From Plasmodiophora brassicae (Eukaryota), in the NCBI GenBank assembly GCA_036867785.1, contig CP145416.1, forward strand, positions 868,001 through 932,000: 64,000 bases of DNA. Direction: 5' to 3'. The notes beneath the pieces are model-generated. The model made no database searches and was not told the DNA's origin. It was given only the letters and a program-made list of their open reading frames with translations. A program made the translations under genes and the position numbers. This document shows, one piece after another, positions 10,489 to 22,007 of this stretch; positions within the stretch are counted from its first letter, which is position 1; the number at the start of each line of letters is the position of its first letter.

Positions 10489-11760
10489 TCAGTCATCGTC
10501 GTCGTCGTCATCTTCGTCGTCGTCGTCATCGTTATCGTCGTCATAGTCGTGGTGCCGGTGATGGTGATGGTCCTCGTGGTCGTGGTGATCGTGATCGTCG
10601 TGGTGATCGCCGTGCTATATATCACCGGAACCAGTTAGACGGTTGGTCGCTGCACACACACGATAAACGGCAGGGCCCCGTACGTCGTGGTCGTGATGCT
10701 CGTGATGTGAGCTCTCATCGTCGGCATCATGGTGCTTATCGTCGTCGTGATCGTCCTGTGCGACACGTCACGATCAGTCAGGACGTTTCGCATGTGGTGC
10801 CTGCCGGAATTCCTTACATGGTGGTTATGATGGTCATCGTGCTGAGACAAACAAAGGTCAGAATGGCGGAAGTGACCAAAGAACGTAACGACGAATGATT
10901 ACCTCCCTCTCCTCATGGTGGCCATGGCCATGGTCGGCAGAGTTCCCTTGGTCCGCATGAATGCCCGTGTGCATGGAATCGTCGATGTGCTGATCGATGT
11001 CCTGGTGCTGCGTTTGCACGGTCCACATGTGCGTCTCGAGCGCCGGGTCCAGCCCCGTCATCTGGTGCTGGTCGAACCCAGCCTCCGTGTCCTGATGGAG
11101 CTCCTGCTCCATACCTGGGCAGCAACAGTCAACGACAGCACCCCTTACTCGACCGTATGGAGCCAACCCTGGTGCTGGTCCTGATGCTGCTCGTTATCCA
11201 TTTCGTTGTGGTTGTCAGTGTGGTCCTAGCAGGTAACTCGTCAGAGATCGTTGCACAATGCCAGCGCGCTTCCGGCTACCCAGTGGTCATCATCTTGATG
11301 GTCATCTAAACACATATTCAGAGGCGAGCACATCCATCGCCCACGGTTACGTGAACGTACCATGGTGGTGCCCGTCGTCATGTTCATGATCATGGTCTAC
11401 CAGACAAACACGCGCGCTTAGCCCATGACGTTGTTATAACATGGCCGTCTCGCTTACGATCATGGTGGTAGTCGTGCGAATGCTTATGCGAATGGGATCC
11501 TTGGTCGTGATCTAACCGTGCAATCGTCAGCGTTTCGAGCGTGCTGCGACACCACACGTCTGAAACGAACGATCATGCGACCCGTCATCGTGATGGTGTC
11601 CATGTTCGTCGCTATGGTGATGCCCGTGGTCATCACGGTCTTCGTCGTTGTGGTGGTCCCTATGGTTGTGGGCATCGTGATGGCGATCGCGGCCGGCAAC
11701 GGCCCCGACCAGCAACATCGCCGCCACCAGCGATACCGCCACGACTACTGCTCGCGACAT
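10489..11760 (-). CDS. Secreted His/Asp-rich protein built from many small exons
   Basis: Signal peptide MSRAVVVAVSLVAAMLLVGAVAG; HHD-rich exons 11511-11458, 11396-11361, 11305-11280 and 11225-11168 are bounded by GT..AG; ends in poly-Asp then TGA. Confidence 0.8.
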
Positions 11761-11804
11761 ACGTGATATATCGTTAACAAATATCGTCTGGACTCATGCT
11801 ACGT

Positions 11805-11852
11805 TGAGTCACCCCCGGTCGAGCCCCGGCACCGACCACTACTCGTGACTCA
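11805..11852. promoter_or_regulatory. Two AP-1/GCN4-type boxes upstream of the His-rich gene
   Basis: TGAGTCA at 11805-11811 and TGACTCA at 11846-11852, 45-92 bp from the ATG. Confidence 0.5.
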
Positions 11853-11911
11853 TCCTCGTCGGGTTGCTCGCTGTCGCGTTCGGCGGAACGATCGAGGCGC
11901 GCATGCGGTCG

Positions 11912-12988
11912 TCATGTTTTACGGGATGGCGCTGCGGCGGGCGACCCGCTTCGGGCTGATTTCGCCATGGCCATCGCGCCGGATGCCAATCCGGCCACGC
12001 CCTGCGCCGCCTTCATCGCCAGCACCTTGGCGGCTTGCGTCGCGGTGATATCCGCTTCCTTCGAGTCGTCAGCAGGTTCCTGAAGGCGGTCTAGTGGCGC
12101 TTGGGCACCGAACGCCGCCGGCTTCCTCACGTCCTGCCATACCAGCAGCGCACGTCAGAGTGCACGACAGCTGACGACGGGATTGTCGACGAACCGCATC
12201 GTCCTGGACGATGTCGTCGTAGGCGGGTGGCGGATCATTCAGCGGAGGTGGGGCAGCCGCAGCAGGGCCAGCATAGCGATTGTTCGACGGCGGGTCATTG
12301 GGAGCCGGGCGGGCCATGGCTGCGACGGGTGGCCGTGCTGGCTGTTGCTGCTGCTGGCGCGGTACAGGAGGTGCTGGATTGCTTGCCAGCCCCTCCTCGA
12401 CGTCGTCTTCGCACAGGCATCTGATGAGGCACAACGGAGTACATGGACAGGCGCACCCGAGGCCTGCAAACGCGTGTTCGACGATGATTCTGATCGTGGC
12501 GAACGTGACCTACCAAACGGGTGCGCCTCGGGATCCATGTGGCTGCGGCGCGATCGCGCCTCAGGGCTATCATCGCAGCACGGGTCGCAATGGCATCCCT
12601 CCGGGCAGCAGTGGAAGCAGGGATTGTGTGGGAAGCAGATGGCAACGCGTTTGGCCCGAGATTTTCGTCCACTCCCAGCGCACAGGCCTAGACAGGCAAT
12701 GGGCGCGGGCAATCACGTGGACGGTGGCGCTTGCCATACCAGTGTGAGGCGGTTTGCGAACAACGTGCTTCCAGCCGCAGCACAGCCAGCCGCAGCAGCA
12801 CGAGAAACAGGCAAGCACCTTGGCGGTTCTGTACCTACACGCCGGGAAGTCTGAATCCGAACACGCGAGACGACGTTGACGGGGAGCGACCAGAATCTCA
12901 CGCGGTACATGTACCAGATGATGAGACAGGCGACGATTGGGACGATGATGACGACGGCCACGATGGTGCCCGTGGGATCGTCTCTCAT
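11912..12988 (-). CDS. Single-pass membrane protein with a Cys-rich juxtamembrane region and a Pro-rich tail (multi-exon, hypothetical)
   Basis: TM GTIVAVVIIVPIVACLIIWYMY; CFSCCCGWLCC and CFHCCPEGCHCDPCC; PPPAY motif. Confidence 0.55.
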
Positions 12989-13116
12989 GGCGGGTCGACA
13001 CGATGGACACAGACTGTGTCCAGAACACACAGCGCGCTTCGTGGTGTGTGACTGGCAACTTGTCAGGGCAACGCGAAACCGGCCGTTGCCTCGAGGATGG
13101 TCGGTTTATCTTGTCA

Positions 13117-14501
13117 TTACTGTAGTAATATAGCTGACGATGGGCCTTCGGACAATGATTGTGACGTGTCCTCTGTTCCCAAACCAGGACGCGAAAACAC
13201 CCTTCGCTCAAATGGAAGCAATAGGCTCTCGTACGCGTTCGACAGGATGTGGCAAACGTCGCTCTCTCTGGCAGGGAGATGGAAACCGAGATGGTTCGCT
13301 ACGCGACGCCACGAATCCGCTGGTACCTACAACCATAATCAGCGACAGTAGTCTCGCCACGTATCAGTGCAGCATGCGAACGTTTTCAAACCCGCCCATG
13401 ACGATGACGCTGTGGTACAGTACCCACAGGTCGACCGGTTTACCGAGGACCTTGCCGTCACGTTTGACCGTTTGACTATCCGGGGGCAGCGTTGCTTTCA
13501 GTTCGTCGGAAAACCATCTTCGGGACTCGGCGTGATTCGGATCACAGCGGATGCAGCGGAACGCCATCCCAAGATCGCCGATATCGTTGCCGAAGGGGGC
13601 ATGACGAGCACAATAACTGAGCGCGTCGTTTGAGTACATGGACGGATAGCAGGAGGTCAGGCAACCACCGACCTTATCCAACAGGTAGAACATTGTAAGA
13701 TGGGCGAACGATGCGAATCGCAGAACACGCATTGGTGTCGAGGGCAATTCCATCTGCCTTGCGGTACATTGGCCAGGCCGATACACGATGGATGGTACAG
13801 CTGGCTGCACGAATCCTCGTCGCAGATGATAACGGTGCCGCCGCGCTGTCTCGAATATGAAACCAGGACACAGGAGAAGAGAGATGCCTCAGCAGTACCT
13901 TACAGACGAGGCAGAATTCTTCGTTATGCCCCGCAGAGCTAATTCGCGAGCTGCCTCTACCAACATCACGATGACGCCTAGCGACAGAGGGTGTCATTGC
14001 AACAGAGCACAAGTAGTGATAGGCCTGGGGACGAATACCCATCGGGAGACGGCGGCACTTCAGGATGGGTGGCCTCGGTGAACTGGATGGCGGACGGGAC
14101 ATTGTGCTCGAACGCCTGCAGGAGTTGAAGCGCCGATTCTTCGCAGACTTCAAACGGCTTTGGAAATCGTTCGTCTAAACCGATAATGATGAGCCAGGGC
14201 GGTTGCCTCAGACGTGACGGATAACGACGGACGTAAGGCGGCGACGAACCGGTCGATATCCCGGCTGGAGCACGGGGACGAATGCGCCTTCCAAACGAGC
14301 TGGGCAGACTGTCCTCGACTGGAGGCAGGGCGCTCAGCATGTTTGGGTACGACCGCCTGGTGCTGCGGGCCGACGCGGATGCATCTGCTGCCCCCATCCA
14401 TCATGGCCTACCTCATACGGTCCGTGGTAGAGTCCCCCCGTTTTCGACTCTGCCACAGTCTCCACCACAGGTCGAGCCGTACGCTTGTCTTCGACCTCCA
14501 T
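13117..14501 (-). CDS. Chromatin protein with ELM2, PHD/Cys-His finger and ARID domains (multi-exon; start uncertain)
   Basis: ELM2 IRVGPQHQAVVP..LVW..ESALQLL; PHD EFCLVC..ICDEDSCSQLYHPSCIGL..WNCPRHQCVFC; ARID VLGKPVDLWVLYHSVIVMGGFENV..YESLLLPFE. Confidence 0.72.
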
Positions 14502-14869
14502 GGCTCCGGACCTCACGTCCACACTGCATCTGCAACGATCGTACCTGACGGGATTCCCGATGCGGAATTCAACGCGACCGCACGGTCAGACCTCAGCCGT
14601 CATTCGGTAATGCAAACCACTCTGTACATCCTTTACGGACAGCAGCGGGGCCATGTTTCCACCCGCGTCGACAGCGAACATAGCCAGTTGGCCACTTGTC
14701 CCCGACCGGCTCCACGTACGGCGGCCCCCCGGCAGACGGCGCTTCGCACTTCGGTGCAGTTTGGGCGGGAGCAGTCGAGCTGCACACACACGACGTCACT
14801 GGCGGCGTAGTCGCAGCGACTTATTTCGGCGCGGTTCGTCATTTCGCCGTGGGGAATGCTCGCAGAGCG

Positions 14870-16733
14870 ATGCCGACCCGACGCGATGTGCAGCGCGTGC
14901 TGACGGGCGCGGCCCTGGTGGCCGAGCAGGTCGCCTCGCAGTGCGGTCGGTACCTGCCGACCCTCGGGTCGGCGCCAGCGCTACCGTCCAAGAACCAGCC
15001 GGCGTACCCGGACCAGTTCGACAGCGTGCCGACAGTGCAACCGCTGAAGGCGTTTGTGGAGAACGCGGTGCCGGTGTCATCCGTATCGCGAGGGCTCCAG
15101 TTTGGGGCCCTGGCTGCGTCGATGGCTGTCGGAGCCGTTACAGAAGCGGCTCGACGTGTAATGCAGTTCCCGTCATCGAACGAATCGTCCAGGTCTAGTT
15201 CGTCGACATCGTCAGCGTTTCTTTCGACTGCCAACGGCGAACGCCTCGCCGCTGGTCTGTGCCGCATGCGAGGTGCTGCCCTGAAACTCGGTCAAATGCT
15301 GTCGATCCAAGATGAATCTATTGTGCCGCCTGAGTTCCAGCTGGTTTTGGACCGCGTCAGGTCGTCGGCCAACATCATGCCCAGGGAACAGGTCGAACGT
15401 GTCCTGGTTGAGGATCTCGGCGAAGGTTTATCACCGTATGCTCTGCGTATACGCTAGGTGTACTCAACTGTGTCTGATGTAGACTGGAACGCCAAGTTTG
15501 CATCGTTTAATTTCCAGCCAATTGCTGCAGCGTCCATTGGGCAGGTGCACAGAGCGGTGCTCCCGACTGGGGAGCAAGTTGTGCTGAAGATTCAGTATCC
15601 GGGCGTCGCTACGTCTATAAAGAGCGACCTGATCAACGTCAAACGGCTGTTGCAGGTTCTTCAGTATACCCCTTTCGTCCACTTGTGTTTGCTAACGGTC
15701 CATTGCAGTATACGAATGTATTTCCGAAAGGGTTGTATGTCGATAATCTTCTCGAAGTTGCCCATGACGAATTGTCGAAAGAGTGCGACTACACCCTGGA
15801 AGCAGCGAACCAGAAGAAGTTCGCCGCTCTTATTTCACAAGACTCCGATTTCGTCGTACCCGCAGTTTACGAGGAGTACTGCTCGAAGCGGATTTTAACG
15901 ACGGGTACTCTCGCCAGTACCGTCTTGCGTCGCCGCTTTGACGCTTGCTTGTGTAGACTACGTTGAGGGTGTCCAGCTAGACGAGATTGTGAAAATGTCA
16001 GCGGAGCGTCGCAACGCTGTGTCGTCGCGCCTGTTGCGCCTTTGCATGAACGAATTGTTCCAATTCCGATTCATGCAGACTGATCCGAACTGGGCCAATT
16101 TCCTTTATAACCCTCTACGTGATATCATCTACCTGCTGGACTTTGGCTCATGTTCTGCCTATGGGGACGCTTTCTTGCGTCAATACCTTGAATTGGTTTG
16201 GGCGTGTGCAAACTCCAACCGGGACGTGATCGTCGATCGTTCCATCAGCCTCGGGTTCCTAACAGGTCAATGTCACCTCGACCAAGTAGTCGTTTGCAAT
16301 GTTGTCCCTGACGGTTAGCATTCTGCAGGAAAGGAGTCCAAAACCATGATGGACGCTCACATCGAAAGCGCCATGGTCGTCGGTGAACCGTTCCGCACAG
16401 AAACGTACTTGTCGCCCGTATACGACTCCATATGGAGCTCGCTCTAAAGATGACGTTCAGGTACGACTTTGCCAACTCCACGATACCGAAGAGGCTATCG
16501 CACCTGGCTCGTATAATGCTTCGGGAACGGTTAACGCCGCCACCTGTCGAGGCGTATACCTTGCACAGGAAGGTATAATCAGGCTAGATCCACAGTCGCC
16601 CAATGTGCACAGTGACGTCTGACGATTCGTGTAGTTATCTGGTCTGTACCTTGCATGCATTAAGCTTCGGGCGCACATCCCCTGCCGTGCCTCTCTCGAA
16701 GCCGCTGTCCGATCCCGTAGTCTCAATACATAA
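14870..16733 (+). CDS. COQ8: COQ8/ABC1 (ADCK3/4) atypical kinase, multi-exon
   Basis: RMRGAALKLGQMLSIQD, PIAAASIGQVHRA, VLKIQYPGVA, FMQTDPNWANFLY and LLDFG. Confidence 0.95.
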
Positions 16734-16793
16734 ACGCGAGCGCCCCTTGCGGGGATCTGGTGCTGATTTTAGCGGCGTGCCAGCCTCGTCAAG

Positions 16794-19106
16794 ATGCTGC
16801 TTGGTGGTGCTAGACGCTGTGAGCACGTGACGCCCCGCTTCGCTTGCTGCCTGCGTCTGAGAAGATATTCTCCCGTGCGAAGGTTCTCTATGCAGGCAGG
16901 TCGCTCTCGTGACGCGCCGGCGCCTTCCCGACCGGCGTCGCATTCGCGCTGTACCACTGCAGAGCTGGTCAATGCGTTTGGTCAACGCTCCTCTGTTGTA
17001 CTGGCTGTCCGTATACTGAGGCAGACCGACGATCCCGACATTGCATGGATGGTATTCAAGCACGTCACCGACTCCCACACCAGCGCCGACGTCCGGTTTT
17101 ATCAATCCATGATGACGTACTGCCGCCGACATATGCCATCGAAAGCCGCCGACGTTCTCGACGCTGCTGTCTCTCGTGGCATCCACATCTGTGACGCCAT
17201 GTTCTGCACATTTCTGAGCGCCTGTCATCAGCTAAGCCCATTGCCAGTGCAGGACGTCGTCGACCGCTACGCCAAATGTGGCCCGCGTTCCCATAACGTC
17301 ATCTTTGGCGTTGCCAACATCTGCAGAATGTCAAAGCGCCCAGAGCTGGCGCTTAATCTCGTATCGGATGTCGTCGAACACGACGTTGCTGTGAGCGAGC
17401 GCCTTCTGTCGATCTTCGCGGCATGCTGCTCAGAAGCGTCGGGGGACCCCAACGCTGCTGATACAGCGGACCAGCTTCTCTGTCTTATGCAGGCGAAGGC
17501 CATCCCTCATTATGCCAATCAGCAAACGTTCGGCAACCTGGTCAAATCGCTCCTGGCGCACGATCGGGTCGAGAGCGCTGCCCGAATCCCATCGCTGATG
17601 GATGCCCTCAGCGTACCGCCATCTGTACGGATCTTCAACCACGTCCTATCTGCGTTGTCCAAGGACGGGCGCGTTCCTGTGGCCATGGACATGTTCGATA
17701 CTATGGTTCGGCGAGGGCTCCTGGTGGACTATCCTGTCCTAGGGACCCTTATTGTCGCTTGTGGGCGGGCGCTCCTTGTTGCGTATGTTGAGGTGCTGCA
17801 TCAGTACGCCATTCGTACCGGACTCACCGACAACAACATCGTTGTGTGTGCACTGGTGACCGCCTACGACCTCTGCAGCGACATCGGGCCGGCTGAGACA
17901 GTGTTTGCCAGCATGCAATCCGTTCCAGACGTCGCAACGTTCTCATCGATGATTGCCGCGTTCTATCACCATGGCTTGCTATCGAAGGCGGTACAAACGA
18001 TCGAACAGTTCTGGGCGTCAGGTCTAACGCCGACGGCGGAAACGTATAACATCATCATCTCGGTTCTCGTCAAAGCTGACCGCGTACCGCTGGCGTTGAG
18101 CACTTTCCAGGAAGTCATCCGTCATGGCGTCCGGATCGGGGCCCCTGCTACCACGTTGTTCATCTCTGCATGTGGCAAACGCCTCGATCTGTCCACCGTC
18201 CAAACACTGCACGACTATGCGGAGAGGAATGCGCTTCTCGATAACGATTCAGTTGCAAGCGCGCTGATCTGTGCCTACGGGCGCTGTGACAAACTCGACG
18301 TCGCCGAACGATTGTCCCATGAGCGCCGCCGCCCGTCGCTGGCAACGTTCAACGCGATGATGTCCGCCTATTACCATCGCGGTCTGATGCAGAATGTGGT
18401 ATCAGCGTTCGACCGTCTTCAGGACGCCGGTCTGTCGCCTTGCGTCGTATCGTTCAACATTGCGATCTCCGCCCTGGCCAAACACGGTGACCTTGACCGG
18501 GCCATGAACCTGTTCAAGACCATGGCCCAGCGCGATCTCCATCCGGAAGCGCCTTTGTTCCGGGTGCTGGTCACCGCCTGTGGCCGGGCATCACAGCTGA
18601 GCGCCGTGCAGACTTTGCATGCCTACGCCGACACGACCGCCCTGCTGCTAGACGATACGGTTACCAGCGCTCTCATTTCGGCCTTCTCCCATTGCGGCAG
18701 TCTGAGGCAGGCAGAGCACGCCTTCCTTTGCCGACTGTGCGACCGGTCGGCACCAACGCCAGACGTCGTCACGTACAACGCCATGATTGCAGCGTACAGC
18801 CATCACGGGCGCCTCGCGAAAGCCATGGCGACGTTTCACAGCCTTAAAACGGCCGGGCTCCGTCCGACACCAGCGACCCTGGCGTCGCTTCTTGTCGGAT
18901 GCAGCCGTGCCGGGGACAGCACCCAAGCGGAAACCATCCTATCCGAGTTCAACGACGTCTGGCGCATTCCCATTTCATCCATGAACGCCTGCGGGGCGCA
19001 ACCTGGCATTGCTCCCGATTCCGAACAGGACGATTCTGTTGAACCTGCTGACGACACGCGATCTCGTGTCCTGTCGTTACTTCACTCCTTGAACCGACAA
19101 GATTAA
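16794..19106 (+). CDS. Intronless pentatricopeptide-repeat protein with PLS-type motifs
   Basis: Repeated FNAMI/MxAY..G..A...F..L..GL.P and ALIxAY..C..L..AE motifs; Arg-rich N-terminus suggests organelle targeting. Confidence 0.88.
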   Translation: MLLGGARRCEHVTPRFACCLRLRRYSPVRRFSMQAGRSRDAPAPSRPASHSRCTTAELVNAFGQRSSVVLAVRILRQTDDPDIAWMVFKHVTDSHTSADVRFYQSMMTYCRRHMPSKAADVLDAAVSRGIHICDAMFCTFLSACHQLSPLPVQDVVDRYAKCGPRSHNVIFGVANICRMSKRPELALNLVSDVVEHDVAVSERLLSIFAACCSEASGDPNAADTADQLLCLMQAKAIPHYANQQTFGNLVKSLLAHDRVESAARIPSLMDALSVPPSVRIFNHVLSALSKDGRVPVAMDMFDTMVRRGLLVDYPVLGTLIVACGRALLVAYVEVLHQYAIRTGLTDNNIVVCALVTAYDLCSDIGPAETVFASMQSVPDVATFSSMIAAFYHHGLLSKAVQTIEQFWASGLTPTAETYNIIISVLVKADRVPLALSTFQEVIRHGVRIGAPATTLFISACGKRLDLSTVQTLHDYAERNALLDNDSVASALICAYGRCDKLDVAERLSHERRRPSLATFNAMMSAYYHRGLMQNVVSAFDRLQDAGLSPCVVSFNIAISALAKHGDLDRAMNLFKTMAQRDLHPEAPLFRVLVTACGRASQLSAVQTLHAYADTTALLLDDTVTSALISAFSHCGSLRQAEHAFLCRLCDRSAPTPDVVTYNAMIAAYSHHGRLAKAMATFHSLKTAGLRPTPATLASLLVGCSRAGDSTQAETILSEFNDVWRIPISSMNACGAQPGIAPDSEQDDSVEPADDTRSRVLSLLHSLNRQD

Positions 19107-19247
19107 GGAGCCCTGTCGACCGGTGATGCATAAGTCGTAATCAGTGAATATCTGTGGGTAGTACGTACCAACAGTGTGTGGGGAGGGGCGCGTGCCCACC
19201 AATAACCTCTGTGTAGGATCATTCGTGGTCGTCCTGCTTCGTCACAG

Positions 19248-19979
19248 ATGTCGTCGACGCATGGGGACGTCGTCGTCCCGATGGAGAATCGGCCACCGAA
19301 CATGTCGAGACCAGCCGGGCCGCGTCGAAGGAGCATTGGCCAGTACCAGAACGTGTTCGGCGACCTCGGGTACAGCGCGAACGGGTCGCAGCCACGCGAC
19401 GAGGTCTCGCATCAGAGCGTCGCCGTGCCGTCCTCGTCGTCGTCGCGCCCGCCGCCCGTATCTATCAAGCCTGCGTCCAGCCGTCCGTGCGGCCAGCAGT
19501 GCTGTCTTATCGTCACGATCCTCCTCGTCATCGCCGTGGCCGGGTTCCTAGTTTTCTACTTCCTCAGCGCCAACGGGTGGTCGTTCGCGGTCAGCAAATC
19601 CAGTGGTAAGACGACACCTGCTCCAGCGCCAGCGACGATGGCACCGGCACCCGTCAGCCTAGCCCCTGTGGATCCAGCAGACCAAGGCCCGAACCTTGCA
19701 GCTGGTGGCAATCCAGCCCCAGCGAATACTCCATCACCTGTACCTGCCGTTCTGGTAGCTGCGCCGCCGGCCAACAACCCAGCACCTGCTAACAAGCCCG
19801 CACCGCCTGCGAACACTCCTGCACCTCCTGCGAATACGCCTGCACCACCTGCGAATACTCCTGCACCGGACCCGCCGGCGAATCCGCCTGCCGATCCACC
19901 CGCGAACAACCAGGGACCTGCACCAAACGCTAACCCGGCGCCTGCACCGCCTGCCGTCATCGCTGCGCCGGCCCTGTAG
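19248..19979 (+). CDS. Type II membrane protein with a Pro/Ala/Asn-rich repetitive C-terminal region
   Basis: TM CCLIVTILLVIAVAGFLVFYFL followed by tandem PAPPANT repeats. Confidence 0.7.
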   Translation: MSSTHGDVVVPMENRPPNMSRPAGPRRRSIGQYQNVFGDLGYSANGSQPRDEVSHQSVAVPSSSSSRPPPVSIKPASSRPCGQQCCLIVTILLVIAVAGFLVFYFLSANGWSFAVSKSSGKTTPAPAPATMAPAPVSLAPVDPADQGPNLAAGGNPAPANTPSPVPAVLVAAPPANNPAPANKPAPPANTPAPPANTPAPPANTPAPDPPANPPADPPANNQGPAPNANPAPAPPAVIAAPAL

Positions 19980-20310
19980 AAGTCGATCGGTCCCCCATCA
20001 CCCGTTCCTTGCCCTGGCCGCTGTTCGCCCTGATATAAAACACCATGCGCTGACCCGACACGGTCGTCAACGCCGGCCAGCCAGCCGGGCCTGCTTTTAT
20101 TGTTCGGCTCAGTCATGGGGCGACTGTATGGCGCCGCGCCCATTTGAAGATCGCAGGCGGGCACTGGAGAGAGTCGCGCTGCAGACCGCGCGGGACAGGG
20201 TCGACCTGTCGGCGGGATGTCCGAATTTAGACACGGCAAGTGTCAGACTGGTGGCTCCTTTCTGCAGCGGTCTGCATCGTGGACGGTGTCACGACAACGC
20301 GAGGCGCGGG

Positions 20311-21793
20311 ATGGGATCGTGGCGCTTCGTATGGGTAGCGGTAGTTCTGGAGTTTGCCAGATCGAGTGCTGCGGGACAGGAGCAGTACCATCCGTGGACA
20401 GGGCCTGTGCCCAGGTTCGTGTTCGACCTGCGCGATGGTGAATGGTTGATGGATCCGGACGTGCACATGTCGGAAATGAAACTGGAGGAAGCTAAAGACT
20501 GGGCGAAGAAATTCGGATGCAGGCTCCCTCCGAAAATGGCCTACGCTGAACACCTGTACGTTCGTGTAGGTCGAGCTGTCGTCAAGCGACTGACAGGTGC
20601 TGGCCGTTGCAGTGTGCTTAACGTGACCGACGACAGAGTAGTGGATGAGAAGTTTCGTCGGATTCGAAGGGCGTTGCAGCTGTGGTGCAAATTCAGAGAT
20701 CCAAAAGTAACGGTACCCGAACTGAAGTTGAGCATCGTCGGTCTTCGTCGACACATACCCAATACCGAGAAGTTCCTTAAGCAATGCCTTACGAAGTGGT
20801 ATACCTTCAGAGGTATCGTCTTCGTTCATCCAGCCGCAAACAAGATCGTATCGATATCGTAAGCTGTGAGTTGATCACCAATTTGCCTGTCTTGCTCAGG
20901 TGTAGGTTGCCAGAATCTTCCCGTCTCCTGTTGACGATGAAGCGCATGCCGATGTTATAAGCGACAATTCCCACAAGATCCTAGGGCAACTATTCCGGGT
21001 GAAACACTTTGGCCTGCGTTGTCCTCCGTCACGAACGCGACGTGTTAGCGGTACGTGTTTGGGCCCGGACGTGGCTAACTGCTTCGGGAAACATCCTGTA
21101 CGGCCAGCAAACTCGGTTACAGGTGGCACCGCCACCATGCTCCAGTCCGAATCCTGCGAGAACGTTGCCGCCGACGAAGAGAACAGGAATACCAGCGAAC
21201 CTATGACGAGCGCGAGTGAATCCATCCTCGATCAACAAGATGGCGAGGAGAACAGTATGAAATCGGGGCCTACGAAACCACTCCTCAGCTTAGCGAATAC
21301 CCCAGCTACGGCCCAGGGTGCCGAGCACCCCAGAGGCTCTTCATCAAGCCTTGCCAAATGGATGCTTGCGTTGCCCCTTGTTCCTGCTGCCTTTGTCCTG
21401 GCGTATTACGCCTCTGCAGAGCCCACACCAGAACGCCCTTGCGAACCGACTCGGTTCAACTGGAAGCCTCTATCGCTTCAAGTGTCAGGCGCGCTACTAG
21501 CAGCCGGCACGGCTCACATGGCTGTGGGCGCTTTCACACGTTCACGATCACAACCCGCAGCACCCAGTGCTCCGGCTGCGGTTACCGTTGCAACGCAACC
21601 ACCCCTATCATCGCGGTCATCATCCTCGACAATAGCCGTCGCCGTTTCCGCTGTCGTTTTGATGTTGACATTTGGGATCGTCCTTGCTCTGCTGCGGCGG
21701 CACTGGCAGGATCGCCGTGTCTCCCGTTCCAGGCTCAGCGTCTTCCTCAATCCAGCGGCCATCCCTGATCGCGACCGGCTTCTTCCAATCTAG
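20311..21793 (+). CDS. Signal-peptide protein with C-terminal hydrophobic segments; intron 20848-20905; unknown function
   Basis: MGSWRFVWVAVVLEFARSSAAG; in-frame splice ANKI/VARIF joins ORFs 20128-20862 and 20999-21793; TM TIAVAVSAVVLMLTFGIVLALL. Confidence 0.65.
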
Positions 21794-22007
21794 ATTGCCA
21801 AGCATTGAACGTCCTCGGTATTAATAAACGATCTATGTAGGCGGTGGAACTGACCGGCATCCATTTCGAACCCGGTTGCAGGGCAGGTCTGGGTCTGTCT
21901 CCCCAAAACGTCGCAGAGCCCCGTTCCATCCGACGGCGAGTTGTTTTTGGAGGTTCAGGTTCCGCCTCTGTTGGGCCTTGGCATCGTCTGAGAAGAACCA
22001 GGGGCAG

